The notes under the pieces were generated by a model that searched no databases, was not told where the DNA came from, and saw only the letters and a list, made by a program, of their open reading frames with translations. From an uncultured Gammaproteobacteria bacterium (GTDB lineage Bacteria; Pseudomonadota; Gammaproteobacteria; CAWCPV01): 64,000 nt of DNA. Below are positions 63,700 through 64,000 of the stretch, one piece after another; positions within the stretch are counted from its first letter, which is position 1; each line of letters begins with the position of its first letter. Location of the stretch: the NCBI GenBank assembly GCA_963797555.1, contig CAWCPV010000019.1:1-64000 (forward strand). Direction: 5' to 3'. Position numbers and translations under genes: made by a program.

Positions 63700-64000
63700 C
63701 ACCTCAGACGTACGAATCCACTACCCAAGCACCCAAGAGTCATTCTCCAAGTGTCGGACCCGCCGCAAGACGTCCACGTACCGCGTATCCGCATGGGCTT
63801 CAAGTCCGCGACCACAAGCAGTGCGGAGAACGGCGAGCACCGCATTGGCTGACTGTGATCGCCGTTGACTCTGACCCCGACCACCGGCCGCCATCAGTAG
63901 CTCCTCCACGGGCAATGAGGTCACACCGTGACCTCCCGCCCCCTTGATGGCTTGTACTGCGTTGGCGAGCGCGTCAAAGCCGCAGCGGTAGTATGCCAAC
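63700..64000 (-). pseudogene. degenerate paralog of the 57109..58434 FAD oxidoreductase (runs off the window)
   Basis: LAYYRCGFDALA...V..NG....ANAVLA...Y...LRRVRHLEN matches LAYYRGGFAALA...VLANG..ADAVIA...Y...LRRVKYLAN. Confidence 0.65.

Noticed and set aside
1-64000. CRISPR array, cas genes, tRNA, rRNA, prophage genes
   Set aside because: No regularly spaced repeats or recognisable motifs were seen by eye; short structured RNAs could have been missed.

Overview
GC-rich proteobacterial chromosome segment, most likely gammaproteobacterial (inferred from the gene set; a CbbY-like HAD hints at, but does not prove, a Calvin-cycle autotroph). 1-24.4 kb is mostly core genome. It holds a FAD/Fe-S (GlcD+GlcF-type) oxidoreductase divergent from a TPAT-type TRAP transporter, a DUF2173 protein and a FadL-type channel, then rluB-scpB-scpA-trpS-S2P protease-yciO, cbbY, purC, psiE, purEK, ilvA, rpiA and a porin. 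24.8-32.8 kb is a nest of five mobile elements: an ISKra4 carrying a Mu/Tn552-like element and an IS110, with IS1380 and IS630 inside the IS110. The IS110 5' non-coding end contains 7-nt matches to its own target flank and donor end, as expected of a bridge RNA. 32.8-64 kb is an IS-riddled surface-glycan island built around a putative S-layer protein gene with a strong promoter. The island has three sulfotransferases (one fused via a coiled coil to a glycosyltransferase), methyltransferases, Wzm/Wzt, WecB, and a GT2-flippase-FAD oxidoreductase-WsfD-like cassette. The best candidate for a new system is a Gram-negative S-layer glycosylation locus making a sulfated/methylated glycan. Single-base frameshifts in trpS and rluB suggest assembly indel errors, so pseudogene calls are tentative. 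All family assignments are by eye from motifs; no searches were run.
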